Below are positions 30,167 to 39,490 of a stretch of DNA of 64,000 nt, in pieces. The position numbers were made by a program, and so were the translations under genes. The notes under the pieces are model-generated. The model worked only from the letters and a program-made list of their open reading frames with translations. It was not told the DNA's origin and made no database searches. The first letter of the stretch is position 1; each line of letters begins with the position of its first letter. The stretch is from an uncultured Candidatus Saccharibacteria bacterium (GTDB taxonomy: Bacteria > Patescibacteriota > Andersenbacteria > UBA10190). The stretch spans positions 130,553 through 194,552 of the forward strand of contig CAYJKV010000002.1 of the NCBI GenBank assembly GCA_964371255.1, written 5' to 3'.

Positions 30167-31285
30167 CTAGCGCTTCTTCCTGTTTTTATTATTTGGCTTA
30201 ATTTCTTCTACTCCTAATTTCTCCAGTGCATCAAGCCATAACCCTATTCCTTTACCCACCTGACTAACGTCCCAATCATGTTTGGCTCGCCCCATCGGCC
30301 ATGACGGAAAATTCATTGCCTGCCTTAGCTCATGGCCAACTTGCGCCAAGGCTTCCATTAAGCCATTGGCTTTTAAGTCCATCGTCCACAATACATCAAC
30401 TAACTTATCAACCGTTGCCATGCCATGAATTTCTAACAGGAAATCATGGAAATTATCATGCGGATTTCTTTTTTGTCTTACCACCGGCGCTCCATACGAG
30501 ACCCCAAAATTAAAATGGTCAGCTATGCGTTTAGTGATGAGGGAAGAAAATATATCGTCATACCTGCCCACATATGGACATAAAAATGCTGTCAACCCAA
30601 AACCATTTAGATACGATGTATTTTGCGTATCACAAGGGCAGATAACATTTTCTGCCAAAATAATCGATCGCTCCCTGCGTACCAAATAAGTTCCTCGCAG
30701 CCCGATCAATCTGTCTATCGCATCAACATCCGGATTCTCTTCCCATAAACCCTGATTAATCGCGATATCCTTCGTCCCTTTCGTCATCTTTACCCTTGCG
30801 GCATCATTATCGTCGCGATGGAATGGTGAAAATCCCCTGAAGAAGACTTTCTCGCGATAAAATTTCTTTATTGCATTATACCAAACTGGCTCGCTCGCTT
30901 TCAGCACTTCTCCCTTAGCCGCCCTGATGCTGTGGTGGCCGATGAAATCCTCTTGCTTCAGCAAGTTATCATCATCAATTGTAATTATCACGTCATCCTT
31001 CGTATATTGTTTTGTCAGACAGTACAAATAACCCAAGTTTCTCCGACCAATCGAATTAAACGGAATATATTCGTATATCGGCAAATGGCTGAACATTTTT
31101 TTCTGATCGTTGATATTCAGGTAAACCGTGTGCGGCAAACCTGCGCAATATTGTTTTGTCCCACTAGGTGATTTCTTGTCTCCGACTACGACAACTTCAA
31201 ATTCCCGCCCATATTTCTCAAAGTCTTTGATATATCTTTTCAGAGCCTTCGGAATATTGATCGTCGTTGTCACTAAATAATTCAT
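30167..31285 (-). CDS. RGP/STELLO-like (GT75/DUF288) protein, possible NDP-sugar mutase or glycosyltransferase
   Basis: TTIN, VVVGDKKSP, RRNLGYL, IDDDN, RGF, QGLW...PDVDA, QNT, GRYDDI, RNPHD...DF..E. Confidence 0.75.
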   Translation of the reverse strand: MNYLVTTTINIPKALKRYIKDFEKYGREFEVVVVGDKKSPSGTKQYCAGLPHTVYLNINDQKKMFSHLPIYEYIPFNSIGRRNLGYLYCLTKQYTKDDVIITIDDDNLLKQEDFIGHHSIRAAKGEVLKASEPVWYNAIKKFYREKVFFRGFSPFHRDDNDAARVKMTKGTKDIAINQGLWEENPDVDAIDRLIGLRGTYLVRRERSIILAENVICPCDTQNTSYLNGFGLTAFLCPYVGRYDDIFSSLITKRIADHFNFGVSYGAPVVRQKRNPHDNFHDFLLEIHGMATVDKLVDVLWTMDLKANGLMEALAQVGHELRQAMNFPSWPMGRAKHDWDVSQVGKGIGLWLDALEKLGVEEIKPNNKNRKKR

Positions 31286-31340
31286 AATCTAATAAATTAA
31301 TTCTGATACGCTATTAAATATTCAATTTGCATCGCCTGTT

Positions 31341-31370
31341 ATTATGCATACTTCTATCTTCACTAAGCAA
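31341..31370 (-). promoter_or_regulatory. Putative sigma70 promoter
   Basis: TTGCTT-N18-CATAAT, about 55 nt upstream of ATG 31285. Confidence 0.4.
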
Positions 31371-31394
31371 GTTGTCTTAGCCCCAATACTGAAA

Positions 31395-32339
31395 TTACTT
31401 CCCCCTTGCTAACTCTTCTATTAGTTTTTCTGTTATAAACTCCTCAACCCTTCTCATTTCATCATAGGTCGCACCGCCGATATGGGGCGTGATTATTACG
31501 TTACCATGGTTTCTTGCGTATCTGATGATTTGATTATTTTGAATTTGCCCGCTTATCTCATCAGTGATCACGTCCAGCCCCGCTCCACCAATTCTTTTGC
31601 GTCGCAGCGCCACGATTAAATCCCGCTCCCGCACCACCGCTCCCCGGCTCGTATTTATGAGAATCTGCCCGCTCTTTGCCCGATTAAAATAGTCTTGCCC
31701 GATTAAGCCAGTAGTTTCTGTATTTAACGGCACGTGCACAGACACGATATCAGCTGCCTTTGCTAAGGTAGCCAGTGATCTTACTTTTGTATACCTGCCA
31801 TAATGCTTATGCGGATCATGATATATAACCTTTGCTCCCAGGGCCGTTACCAATCGGGCTGTTATTGTACCTAACCGTCCCATTCCGATAATCCCCACAG
31901 TCCTGCCTTTCATTGATCGACCAACCCATCGCTCCCTCTCCCACTTGCCAACTAAAACTTCTTGGCTTGCCGGTATAATGTTGCGTATTAGGTTTAGCAT
32001 TAGGCCCACGGCTAGCTCAGCGGTCGGGGTTATTGTCTTAAGAAAATTATTCTCGCCTTGTAGGGATATCACTTTAATACCGCGTAACTTTGCCGTTTTT
32101 ACATCTATATGATCAATTCCCGTCGTAGGCGTGGCGATAAATTTTGTACGTTTCGTTGCGTTAATAATTCTCTTATCAACCTTGATTCCTAATCTCACGA
32201 TAATTCCATCATACTGGTTGATGCTCTTTTGTAACTTTTGATGATCACACCGGCCCTTCACCACTTGCCAACCGGCTCGTTTCATCCGTTTAATGGCCTT
32301 GGCGCTGAAATCTTTGCTTTCTGTTATCAGCACCTTCAT
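31395..32339 (-). CDS. D-isomer-specific 2-hydroxyacid dehydrogenase (SerA-like)
   Basis: TTGIDHID, TAE, GIIGMGRLG, HVPL, INTSRG, LDV, TPHIGG.T. Confidence 0.9.
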   Translation of the reverse strand: MKVLITESKDFSAKAIKRMKRAGWQVVKGRCDHQKLQKSINQYDGIIVRLGIKVDKRIINATKRTKFIATPTTGIDHIDVKTAKLRGIKVISLQGENNFLKTITPTAELAVGLMLNLIRNIIPASQEVLVGKWERERWVGRSMKGRTVGIIGMGRLGTITARLVTALGAKVIYHDPHKHYGRYTKVRSLATLAKAADIVSVHVPLNTETTGLIGQDYFNRAKSGQILINTSRGAVVRERDLIVALRRKRIGGAGLDVITDEISGQIQNNQIIRYARNHGNVIITPHIGGATYDEMRRVEEFITEKLIEELARGK

Positions 32340-33082
32340 TGTTTTGTCGCCATTTTATAATCTGAATTTTTTAAATAATATTCCGCCAATCTTAAATCCT
32401 CCAAGGTGTCAATATTGACTGATCTGTTTACCGGCATTAAATAGGGACGACAATCCTCGGACACAAACTTCTCTTGCTCGAGCAGATAGGACGTTTTCAC
32501 TAAGTAAATTGCTCCGTTTCTCCATACTGCTTCCGGAAACCGCTGTCTTGGCATCCCCGCTGGCGTTGGTATTACTTGAGTAACCCGTGTTTTATTTTTC
32601 AAGTAATACATGTACCAGGGATGATAAGCCACCATTCGTGTGAAACTGCAAACGCTATTGACTCGGTATTTTTCCATGATGGCTAAAGCCGCGTCTATGT
32701 CCTCAGCCCTTCTCAGCGGAGCGGTTGGCTGTAACAGCAACACGTATCTATATTTTTTATCGGTTCTTTTTAATATGTCTTTTATCACCTCAATGATATT
32801 TGTTCTGTCTTGAGCAAGTTCATGCGGTCTCAAGTACGGCACGTGACCGCCATAAGCCTCGGCTACTTTCCGTATTTTTTTGTCATCAGTTGAGACAACA
32901 TAATCAAATCTGTGTTTTGTTTTTTGGATAGCTTCCAGGGTATATGCAATCAGTGGTTTACCATGCAGCTCTACTATATTTTTATATTTTATACCCTTTG
33001 ATCCGCCGCGTGCCGGCACTATGCCTAATACTGGTCCCAAAGTGTCTCGTGATTTTCTGGTCGCCATATCCTTGGTTGTCAC
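32336..33082 (-). CDS. neuA: CMP-nonulosonate synthetase (acylneuraminate cytidylyltransferase)
   Basis: PARGGSKGIKYKN, GKPLI, VSTDD, LQPTAPLR, NGAIY, NIDT.ED. Confidence 0.92.
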   Translation of the reverse strand: MTTKDMATRKSRDTLGPVLGIVPARGGSKGIKYKNIVELHGKPLIAYTLEAIQKTKHRFDYVVSTDDKKIRKVAEAYGGHVPYLRPHELAQDRTNIIEVIKDILKRTDKKYRYVLLLQPTAPLRRAEDIDAALAIMEKYRVNSVCSFTRMVAYHPWYMYYLKNKTRVTQVIPTPAGMPRQRFPEAVWRNGAIYLVKTSYLLEQEKFVSEDCRPYLMPVNRSVNIDTLEDLRLAEYYLKNSDYKMATKQ

Positions 33083-33091
33083 ATTGTTGCC

Positions 33092-34225
33092 TTAACTCTG
33101 CTTATAAAATACTTCTTGCAGGCTAACCCTGCGTTGATCATCTGTCGTTAAAGGCTCCCCCGCCTTTATATCACGAACCGCTTTTTTCCCTACCACCAAC
33201 GGATAATTTTCTGATCCTATTCCTTTAATTAACGCTTGCGGCCGCATGGCCCAGAGATCGCTCGCTTTTATCACTTCGCCTTTTTTAATATCGCGGCTCG
33301 CCACCAAGCTTTTTCTAAATAATCCTCTAAATCCTGAGTGACTGTCCGCTAGCTCTTCTGACACTTGGCCAATTATTGCTGGATTATCTGCCACCATATT
33401 AACGCCTTGCCGTACTGTTCTCGTCATTGCTGTAAACTCATTAGGCGTCATTGATACTTTATGGTCAGCGCCCCACCAGCGACGATTTAACGAGAAATGC
33501 TTTTCAATTATGGTTGCGCCTTGTTTAACCGCCTGAATTACTCCCTGGTACCCCAATGAATGATCGGAGAATCCAATCGGAATTTGATATCTGGCCTTAT
33601 ACCACCCAATCGTGGCAACATTTAAATCTTCCACTGGACAAGGATATTTCGACACGCAATGCAATAAAGCCAGGTGCTTATTTTTTGTCTTTATATATTT
33701 TATTGCGGCCTCCACTTCCGCCCGGCTGCTCATCCCTGTCGAGATAATGATTGGCTGGCGCAAAGTCCGCAAATAATCCAATAAAACAAAGTCCAAAATA
33801 TCACCGGACCCTACTTTCCATAACGGCACGCCAATCTTATTTAACATCTTAGCCGCTCCTCGGCTCATTGGCGTTGAAAAAAATAATATTCGTTGCTCCG
33901 TACAATACTTCTTAATGGCTTTCCACCACTCCTCGTTGCCCAGCAAACTATTCCGCTTGACCCACGCGTATCTATCTGCCCCTTTGAAATGGGGTGATAC
34001 AACTTTAATCTGCCACTGTTCATCGCCCACCTGATGCGTCTGGAATTTTACCGCGTCCGCCCCTGCTGCTCTGGCCTGACTGATCAATTGTTTGGCATTG
34101 TACAAGTAATGTCCGCGGGACTGCTCCTTTTTTGTCCGGATGAAATTTTTACCGATTTCAGCAATAAAAAAAACATTTTTAGACCCAATCTTGCTCCAAA
34201 TATTTACATTTTTATTGCTCTTCAT
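33092..34225 (-). CDS. neuB: Nonulosonic acid (N-acetylneuraminate-type) synthase with SAF domain
   Basis: IAEIG, GADAVKFQ, KVGSGD, ISTGM, LHCVS.YP, GFSDH, IEKHF, GADH, RKSLVA. Confidence 0.92.
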   Translation of the reverse strand: MKSNKNVNIWSKIGSKNVFFIAEIGKNFIRTKKEQSRGHYLYNAKQLISQARAAGADAVKFQTHQVGDEQWQIKVVSPHFKGADRYAWVKRNSLLGNEEWWKAIKKYCTEQRILFFSTPMSRGAAKMLNKIGVPLWKVGSGDILDFVLLDYLRTLRQPIIISTGMSSRAEVEAAIKYIKTKNKHLALLHCVSKYPCPVEDLNVATIGWYKARYQIPIGFSDHSLGYQGVIQAVKQGATIIEKHFSLNRRWWGADHKVSMTPNEFTAMTRTVRQGVNMVADNPAIIGQVSEELADSHSGFRGLFRKSLVASRDIKKGEVIKASDLWAMRPQALIKGIGSENYPLVVGKKAVRDIKAGEPLTTDDQRRVSLQEVFYKQS

Positions 34226-34242
34226 AAATCAGGACGGGTCTC

Positions 34243-35400
34243 TCAATACGTAATCATTTTTTGCTGTTTTATCTCTACTTTCTTTAGGATCGCCATGATT
34301 TTTTTGGCAGTTTCTCCGTTGCCGTATAAAAATGATCTCTCATACTTACCGTGCCTCACCTGTTTTCTTATCGCTTGTACAATTTTCCTTTCATCAAATA
34401 ACACGTTCATCACATTTTTTCCCATTAAACGGCCATGTTGTCTGGTACCGACATTAACGGCCGGCACACCCAACCAGCCGCTTTCTTTTATGCCGACTGA
34501 CGAATTGCCGATCACTGCCTGAGCTTGGTTTAGAACATTCGCGAAATGCTCCGGTTTCAAATATCGAATAAATCTGATTTGATAGGCATCATCATGTTCA
34601 ATCTGCCATTCCCTGATCCGTTTGGCGATCGCGTCAGACCCCGCACCTAAATTCGGCCAAATCCATACGGCTTGCATTTTTAAACTATGTATCGCCGTCA
34701 ACAAACATTCGGCCTGTTGCCTCGCCAGATTAGCCTCCGTCGTGACTGGATTCAGCATCACCACTGCGTAAGGCTGTCCCAGATCTAATTTTGCCCCCGT
34801 CCCGTGCTTGTTAATCGTGGCATCAGGCACATGCTTCAGAAACTTAATTTGTCGGAGAAAATCCACATCTAGGCTGCCCACATTCCATATTCGATCCTTT
34901 CTCTCTCCCAGTCTAATTAATCTGGTTTTTGCCTGTTCATTGGTGACAAAATGCCCATGGGCTAGTTTTGTAATAGCGTGCCGGACACTCTCGTCAATTG
35001 ATCCACTGACATCCCCGCCTTCTAAATGAATTAAAGTTTTATTCAAATAAGCCGCCGCCGCGGCTATGGGCAGCACTTCAAACCGATCACCCCTTACAAT
35101 CACTACGTCTGATTCTAAGTTCTCCATCCCAGTCGCAAACTCCAGCATGCCCAGGGCGGCTGTTTTAGCCATTCCGAGGTGCTCGCCTCCTTCAATCGCT
35201 GTTGGTATTTTAAGATCAGGTTCAAACCCATGCGCCCTCAACTCGGCCACGACATTGCCATAACGATATGTCAACGCGCCGCCCCCCACAATTATCTGCA
35301 GCCTAAACCTCGACGATCGTTTGATCTCTTTTAATAAAGTCACAAGTCTACTAAGATGAGCCTTGTCAGTGATCACTACACAGATGTTTCTTTTATGCAT
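34243..35400 (-). CDS. neuC: UDP-GlcNAc 2-epimerase (hydrolysing, NeuC-like)
   Basis: GDRFE, HLEGGD.SGSIDE..RHAITKLAH.HF, PVTTE, GNSSVG..E, VNVG.RQ.GR, YGNG. Confidence 0.9.
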   Translation of the reverse strand: MHKRNICVVITDKAHLSRLVTLLKEIKRSSRFRLQIIVGGGALTYRYGNVVAELRAHGFEPDLKIPTAIEGGEHLGMAKTAALGMLEFATGMENLESDVVIVRGDRFEVLPIAAAAAYLNKTLIHLEGGDVSGSIDESVRHAITKLAHGHFVTNEQAKTRLIRLGERKDRIWNVGSLDVDFLRQIKFLKHVPDATINKHGTGAKLDLGQPYAVVMLNPVTTEANLARQQAECLLTAIHSLKMQAVWIWPNLGAGSDAIAKRIREWQIEHDDAYQIRFIRYLKPEHFANVLNQAQAVIGNSSVGIKESGWLGVPAVNVGTRQHGRLMGKNVMNVLFDERKIVQAIRKQVRHGKYERSFLYGNGETAKKIMAILKKVEIKQQKMITY

Positions 35401-35406
35401 CAATTT

Positions 35407-35435
35407 AATATGGCGACAAATTCCAAACCAATCAA
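35407..35435 (-). promoter_or_regulatory. Putative neuC promoter lying within the 5' end of the divergent gene
   Basis: TTGATT-N17-CATATT-N6-ATG(35400). Confidence 0.5.
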
Positions 35436-36948
35436 CCTAATCTTCTGCGCCCAAGGATCCGCCCTTAAGATCTTTGATAATTTGCTGCCGCCGCTTCGTC
35501 GGTCGCTATCCCTAGGCCACGTTGGTCTTTATGTGGCCGATCAAGTTTTCTATGACCATTATTTGTCCCGCGCTAATAATTTCTCTGCCCATCCTATTCA
35601 GTGGCTCAAGGAATGGGAACTAAATCAAAGCGCCCGCCGCACACCGCTCAACCTGGAGCAGTTAACTGCCTGGGAAAAACTTTACGGCCAGCCAAATTTC
35701 TGGCCCGCGCTCATCGCCGATCGCCGCCTCTTCATGGGCCCATTAATCAAATACAAACAAGATTATCGCCCGCGCCTGTCTTACACCGCGATGCTGCGTC
35801 GGTTGCAAGTTTCCATTGAGCAGATCGAACGACATATCGGCCGTGTCAAACCCGATGCCATCATCGGTTTTAATATGGTCACCCTCGACGAATTTATATT
35901 CTACTTAATTGCCAGGCAAAAACGTATACCGTATTGGCAAATTAAAAATGCCAAGGTTAATAATCTTATTACACTTTTCCCGGACCCGCTGCGGCTGTCC
36001 GACTTTTTCTCTCAACTTGCTGCCACTGCCCCATCTCCTGCTGTCTTGAACCAGGCACGCGATTACCTGCGACGCGCCCAAGCTAAGAACAGCACTTATG
36101 AAGGACATATTATCCTTAAACCACCCACTCTCTCTTCCCTCATCACTCCAGCTCTATTGTATAAACTAACCAAATCAAGCGCTTTTTCTCTGCTCAAAAC
36201 CTTTCGCTATCCGGCTGACAACCAATCGGCTGGCCTGTCCGCTGTCTGGCAATTCAACGTGGTCAAACCGATCAACGCGCTCAATCATCATCGATATTTA
36301 TCCCATCGTTATTTACCGCCCAGTCAGCTGTCCAGTACCCCCTACGTATTTTTTCCTCTTCATACCGAGCCAGAAATAGCCTTATCTATCTACGGCCGCT
36401 ATCACCAAAATCAGATAGAAGTTATCAGAAATGTCGCGCAAAGCCTGCCGGTCACTTGGTCGGTAGTGGTTAAGGACCACCCGCGCTCCCTGGGGTTCCG
36501 TAAACTGCAATACTACAAAAAACTGCTGCAAATACCCAATGTTAAACTGGTTAATCCATACCTACCATCATGGGATATTATTGAGTACGCCCAGGCCGTC
36601 GTCACTATCTCCAGCTGGGTTGGCTTTGAAGCTGTTGTTTCTAAAAAACCAGTCGTGACGATGGGTGAATGCACTTATAATTGCCTGCCTGACTGCATGG
36701 TGACAAAAAATACGTCTTATCAGCAATTGTCGTCCGACATTGATCATGCCATCCGCCATTACAGCTATGACGAAAAAGCTTTATTAGATCATATCGCCCA
36801 AGTCATTAGTCAATCTTTTCCTATTAATATGTATAGTGACGTGCTCGCCAAGCCTAACCGCCATTCCTCGCCCGCTGCCACTTCTTCGTCTCAACTATGG
36901 TCTGACTTTGCTAACTACCTCATAACCGCCGCGCACCTTCACGAATGA
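35410..36948 (+). CDS. KpsS/KpsC-like (Capsule_synth) CMP-ulosonate transferase
   Basis: FFPLHTEPE, NQIEVI, VVKDHP, TISSWVGFEA, KPV..G...Y; ATG at 35410 preferred. Confidence 0.75.
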   Translation: MATNSKPINLIFCAQGSALKIFDNLLPPLRRSLSLGHVGLYVADQVFYDHYLSRANNFSAHPIQWLKEWELNQSARRTPLNLEQLTAWEKLYGQPNFWPALIADRRLFMGPLIKYKQDYRPRLSYTAMLRRLQVSIEQIERHIGRVKPDAIIGFNMVTLDEFIFYLIARQKRIPYWQIKNAKVNNLITLFPDPLRLSDFFSQLAATAPSPAVLNQARDYLRRAQAKNSTYEGHIILKPPTLSSLITPALLYKLTKSSAFSLLKTFRYPADNQSAGLSAVWQFNVVKPINALNHHRYLSHRYLPPSQLSSTPYVFFPLHTEPEIALSIYGRYHQNQIEVIRNVAQSLPVTWSVVVKDHPRSLGFRKLQYYKKLLQIPNVKLVNPYLPSWDIIEYAQAVVTISSWVGFEAVVSKKPVVTMGECTYNCLPDCMVTKNTSYQQLSSDIDHAIRHYSYDEKALLDHIAQVISQSFPINMYSDVLAKPNRHSSPAATSSSQLWSDFANYLITAAHLHE

Positions 36949-37955
36949 TCATTTTCCTCCCTCAAAAGATTAAATCCACCGGGGGATCCTCCACTTTTGC
37001 GCTTAAATTGCAGCGCGGACTGCGCCTTCAAGGGCATCAGGTCGTGTTCCAATTTATCTCACATTTTGATTTTCTTTTAGTCAACGCTGTCTGTCCCTTG
37101 CGCTACTTACTGTGGGCTAAACTAACCCATCGTTCGATCATCCAGCGCCTTGACGGTGTTTACTACCCTATGTCCGTGGCCCATTATCGATATTGGTTTT
37201 ATAATTTGCCGCTGCAGATCATTCTTCACTTCTTTGCTGACGCCGTCATATACCAAAGCCAATATTCGAAGGATTGTTGTGATAAATTTTTAGGCGCAAA
37301 CCGTTATATTCCTCATTACCTGATCTATAACGGAGTGGACACCGCTCTTTTTTCACCGCATGGTCAATCTAAGTCATTACGCGACTTCCCTGGCCAGCCC
37401 TTACTGATTACCGCTTCTCGTTTTCGTCGCGCTGATCAAATTCTTCCCCTATTGGCAGCTTTTACTCTCTATAAAAAACAATGGCAGCCAGCCGCCAAGC
37501 TGATCGTTATTGGCGACATCTCTCGTCATTTGACGAAATTACTCCGGCGTGACCGAATGGATCCTGCCATCCACATGTTGGGCCCCATCGCCAATGACGA
37601 ATTGCCCAATTTTCTGCGTGCCTCTGATATTTTCTTGTTTACTCACCTCAACCCTCCTTGCCCTAACAATATTATCGAAGCTATGGCCTGCGGTTTGCCG
37701 ATCTGTGGGGTCTCTGATGGTGCCATGGTAGAATTGACCTCACCGGGCTTAAACAGCGAGCTTATTGCCGCGCCCGATACCGGTTTTTATCATCCCCGCC
37801 AGCTTGATCTTCAAGCCTTCTCTGCTAATCTTAATAAAATCATGACCCATCAGAAAAGCTATGCCTCTCATAGCCGGCGGCTCGCCTCGCTCCGGTTTTC
37901 CTTGCCGGATATGATTGCCAACTATCTCACCATCTTCAATAATTTAACCGGCTGA
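36945..37955 (+). CDS. GT4 family glycosyltransferase
   Basis: QRLDG, YQSQYS, IYNGVD, PPCPNNIIEAMACGLP. Confidence 0.9.
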   Translation: MIIFLPQKIKSTGGSSTFALKLQRGLRLQGHQVVFQFISHFDFLLVNAVCPLRYLLWAKLTHRSIIQRLDGVYYPMSVAHYRYWFYNLPLQIILHFFADAVIYQSQYSKDCCDKFLGANRYIPHYLIYNGVDTALFSPHGQSKSLRDFPGQPLLITASRFRRADQILPLLAAFTLYKKQWQPAAKLIVIGDISRHLTKLLRRDRMDPAIHMLGPIANDELPNFLRASDIFLFTHLNPPCPNNIIEAMACGLPICGVSDGAMVELTSPGLNSELIAAPDTGFYHPRQLDLQAFSANLNKIMTHQKSYASHSRRLASLRFSLPDMIANYLTIFNNLTG

Positions 37956-37971
37956 TCTTTTCTCCTCTTTC

Positions 37972-38712
37972 ATGTCTAATATCTTTTCCAATAATTTTCT
38001 GGTCAACCGCCCTATCGAGTTGGCGATGCAAGCATATGCCAGCCTATTTTCACCCGACCAGCAAGTCCTAGATCTTGGTTGCGGTTTCATGCCATATAAA
38101 AAGTATTTCTCGTGCCGCTATGTCGGTGCCGATCCTTTAACTACTGTCCGGCCCGATGTCATCTGCAGTGCCTGGCGGGTACCTTATCCGGATCAATCGT
38201 TTGATGGCCTGATCCTTAACCAATCCCTCGAGCACATACGTTACCCAGCCGCTACAGTCAAGGAAGTGTATCGTTTACTCAAACCGGGTGGCCGGCTGAT
38301 CGTTACTACTCCCCAAACAATGAAAAACCATAGCGTGGCCATTGCTGCGGCCGACGCACCTTTGCATAACTTTGATCATGACTCGCTGCCCTATTGGCAA
38401 AACGATTTTTGGCGCTTCACAAAATACGGTCTCATCGCCCTCTTCCATCAGTTTACCATCCTTGAGGTTCGAGAAACTTCCGGTTATATTGGCTCAATTT
38501 TTCAGCTTTTTAACTATTTTGTCGCATCGGCTACGAAGCGGCACCGTCTGCTCGCGCCGGTCTACTTCGTCAATAATCTGGCTGGCCTGACTTGTGATCT
38601 GCTTGCCCGTTCCTTGATCTCTCTAGACCTGCCGGTCACCCGTAAATTCAATCACTATATTTATTCTTCACTCACCATTAATTTAATAATGCTGGCTCAA
38701 AAACCACGATAA
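37972..38712 (+). CDS. Class I SAM methyltransferase
   Basis: LDLGCG..PY, QSLEH, LLKPGG.L, DFWRFT..GL. Confidence 0.88.
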   Translation: MSNIFSNNFLVNRPIELAMQAYASLFSPDQQVLDLGCGFMPYKKYFSCRYVGADPLTTVRPDVICSAWRVPYPDQSFDGLILNQSLEHIRYPAATVKEVYRLLKPGGRLIVTTPQTMKNHSVAIAAADAPLHNFDHDSLPYWQNDFWRFTKYGLIALFHQFTILEVRETSGYIGSIFQLFNYFVASATKRHRLLAPVYFVNNLAGLTCDLLARSLISLDLPVTRKFNHYIYSSLTINLIMLAQKPR

Positions 38713-38716
38713 TTAT

Positions 38717-39481
38717 ATGTCCTCATTACCACGCTCTGTTGCGTTCACATTACTTGATTCATTACGACGCTCTTTCCTTCGCCCATTTATCCTTCGGATT
38801 TTTTGCCGTTTACACAATTCTTCCTATCACTGGTTCTCTTTTTTTGCCGCCGGTATCGGCCCACACCCCAAACATGCCATTACTAATTATCATCAGTTTT
38901 TTATTAACAACATTACAGCCACCGATTGCGTGATTGATTTAGGTTGCGGCCATGGTGAGCTTGCCTATGATCTGGCCCGTCACGGCCGGCTGGTCACCGG
39001 CATCGACTCTAATATTTCCTCTATTGCAGAGGCTCAGCAGCATTACCAGCGTCCCAATCTCAGCTTCATTGTTGGCGATATCGCCGCCCTTCGAGCAATG
39101 GAACATTACGACGTCGCGATACTTTCTAATGTCTTAGAGCATATCGAACATCGGGTGGAGTTATTAGAGGCCATTCAACATTTTGCTGATAAAATCCTTA
39201 TTCGCGTTCCCCTGCTTACCCGCGATTGGATTACTGCCTATAAACAGCAACATGGTCTCGAGTATCGTCTGGATGACACACATTTTATTGAGTATTCCGC
39301 CGATTCGTTCCGTTCAGAGACAACAGCCGCCGGACTAAATATTTCTGCTTGGCACGCTGCCTTTGGCGAACTTTATGCCGTCTGCCAACCGCTTACGCCA
39401 TCTCGATCGGTTAATCGCGTATCTAACCAGCCCCCTCCGCCGGTGCCGCTCGCCATCAATCACCAACCGTTGCCAGGCTAA
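38717..39481 (+). CDS. Class I SAM methyltransferase
   Basis: IDLGCGHG, GID, SNVLEHI, IRVP, D.TH..EY. Confidence 0.88.
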   Translation: MSSLPRSVAFTLLDSLRRSFLRPFILRIFCRLHNSSYHWFSFFAAGIGPHPKHAITNYHQFFINNITATDCVIDLGCGHGELAYDLARHGRLVTGIDSNISSIAEAQQHYQRPNLSFIVGDIAALRAMEHYDVAILSNVLEHIEHRVELLEAIQHFADKILIRVPLLTRDWITAYKQQHGLEYRLDDTHFIEYSADSFRSETTAAGLNISAWHAAFGELYAVCQPLTPSRSVNRVSNQPPPPVPLAINHQPLPG

Positions 39482-39490
39482 TCCATCCCG

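Noticed and set aside
31395-32339. Annotation as serA for serine biosynthesis
   Set aside because: No ACT domain and coupled to neuA; the context argues against it
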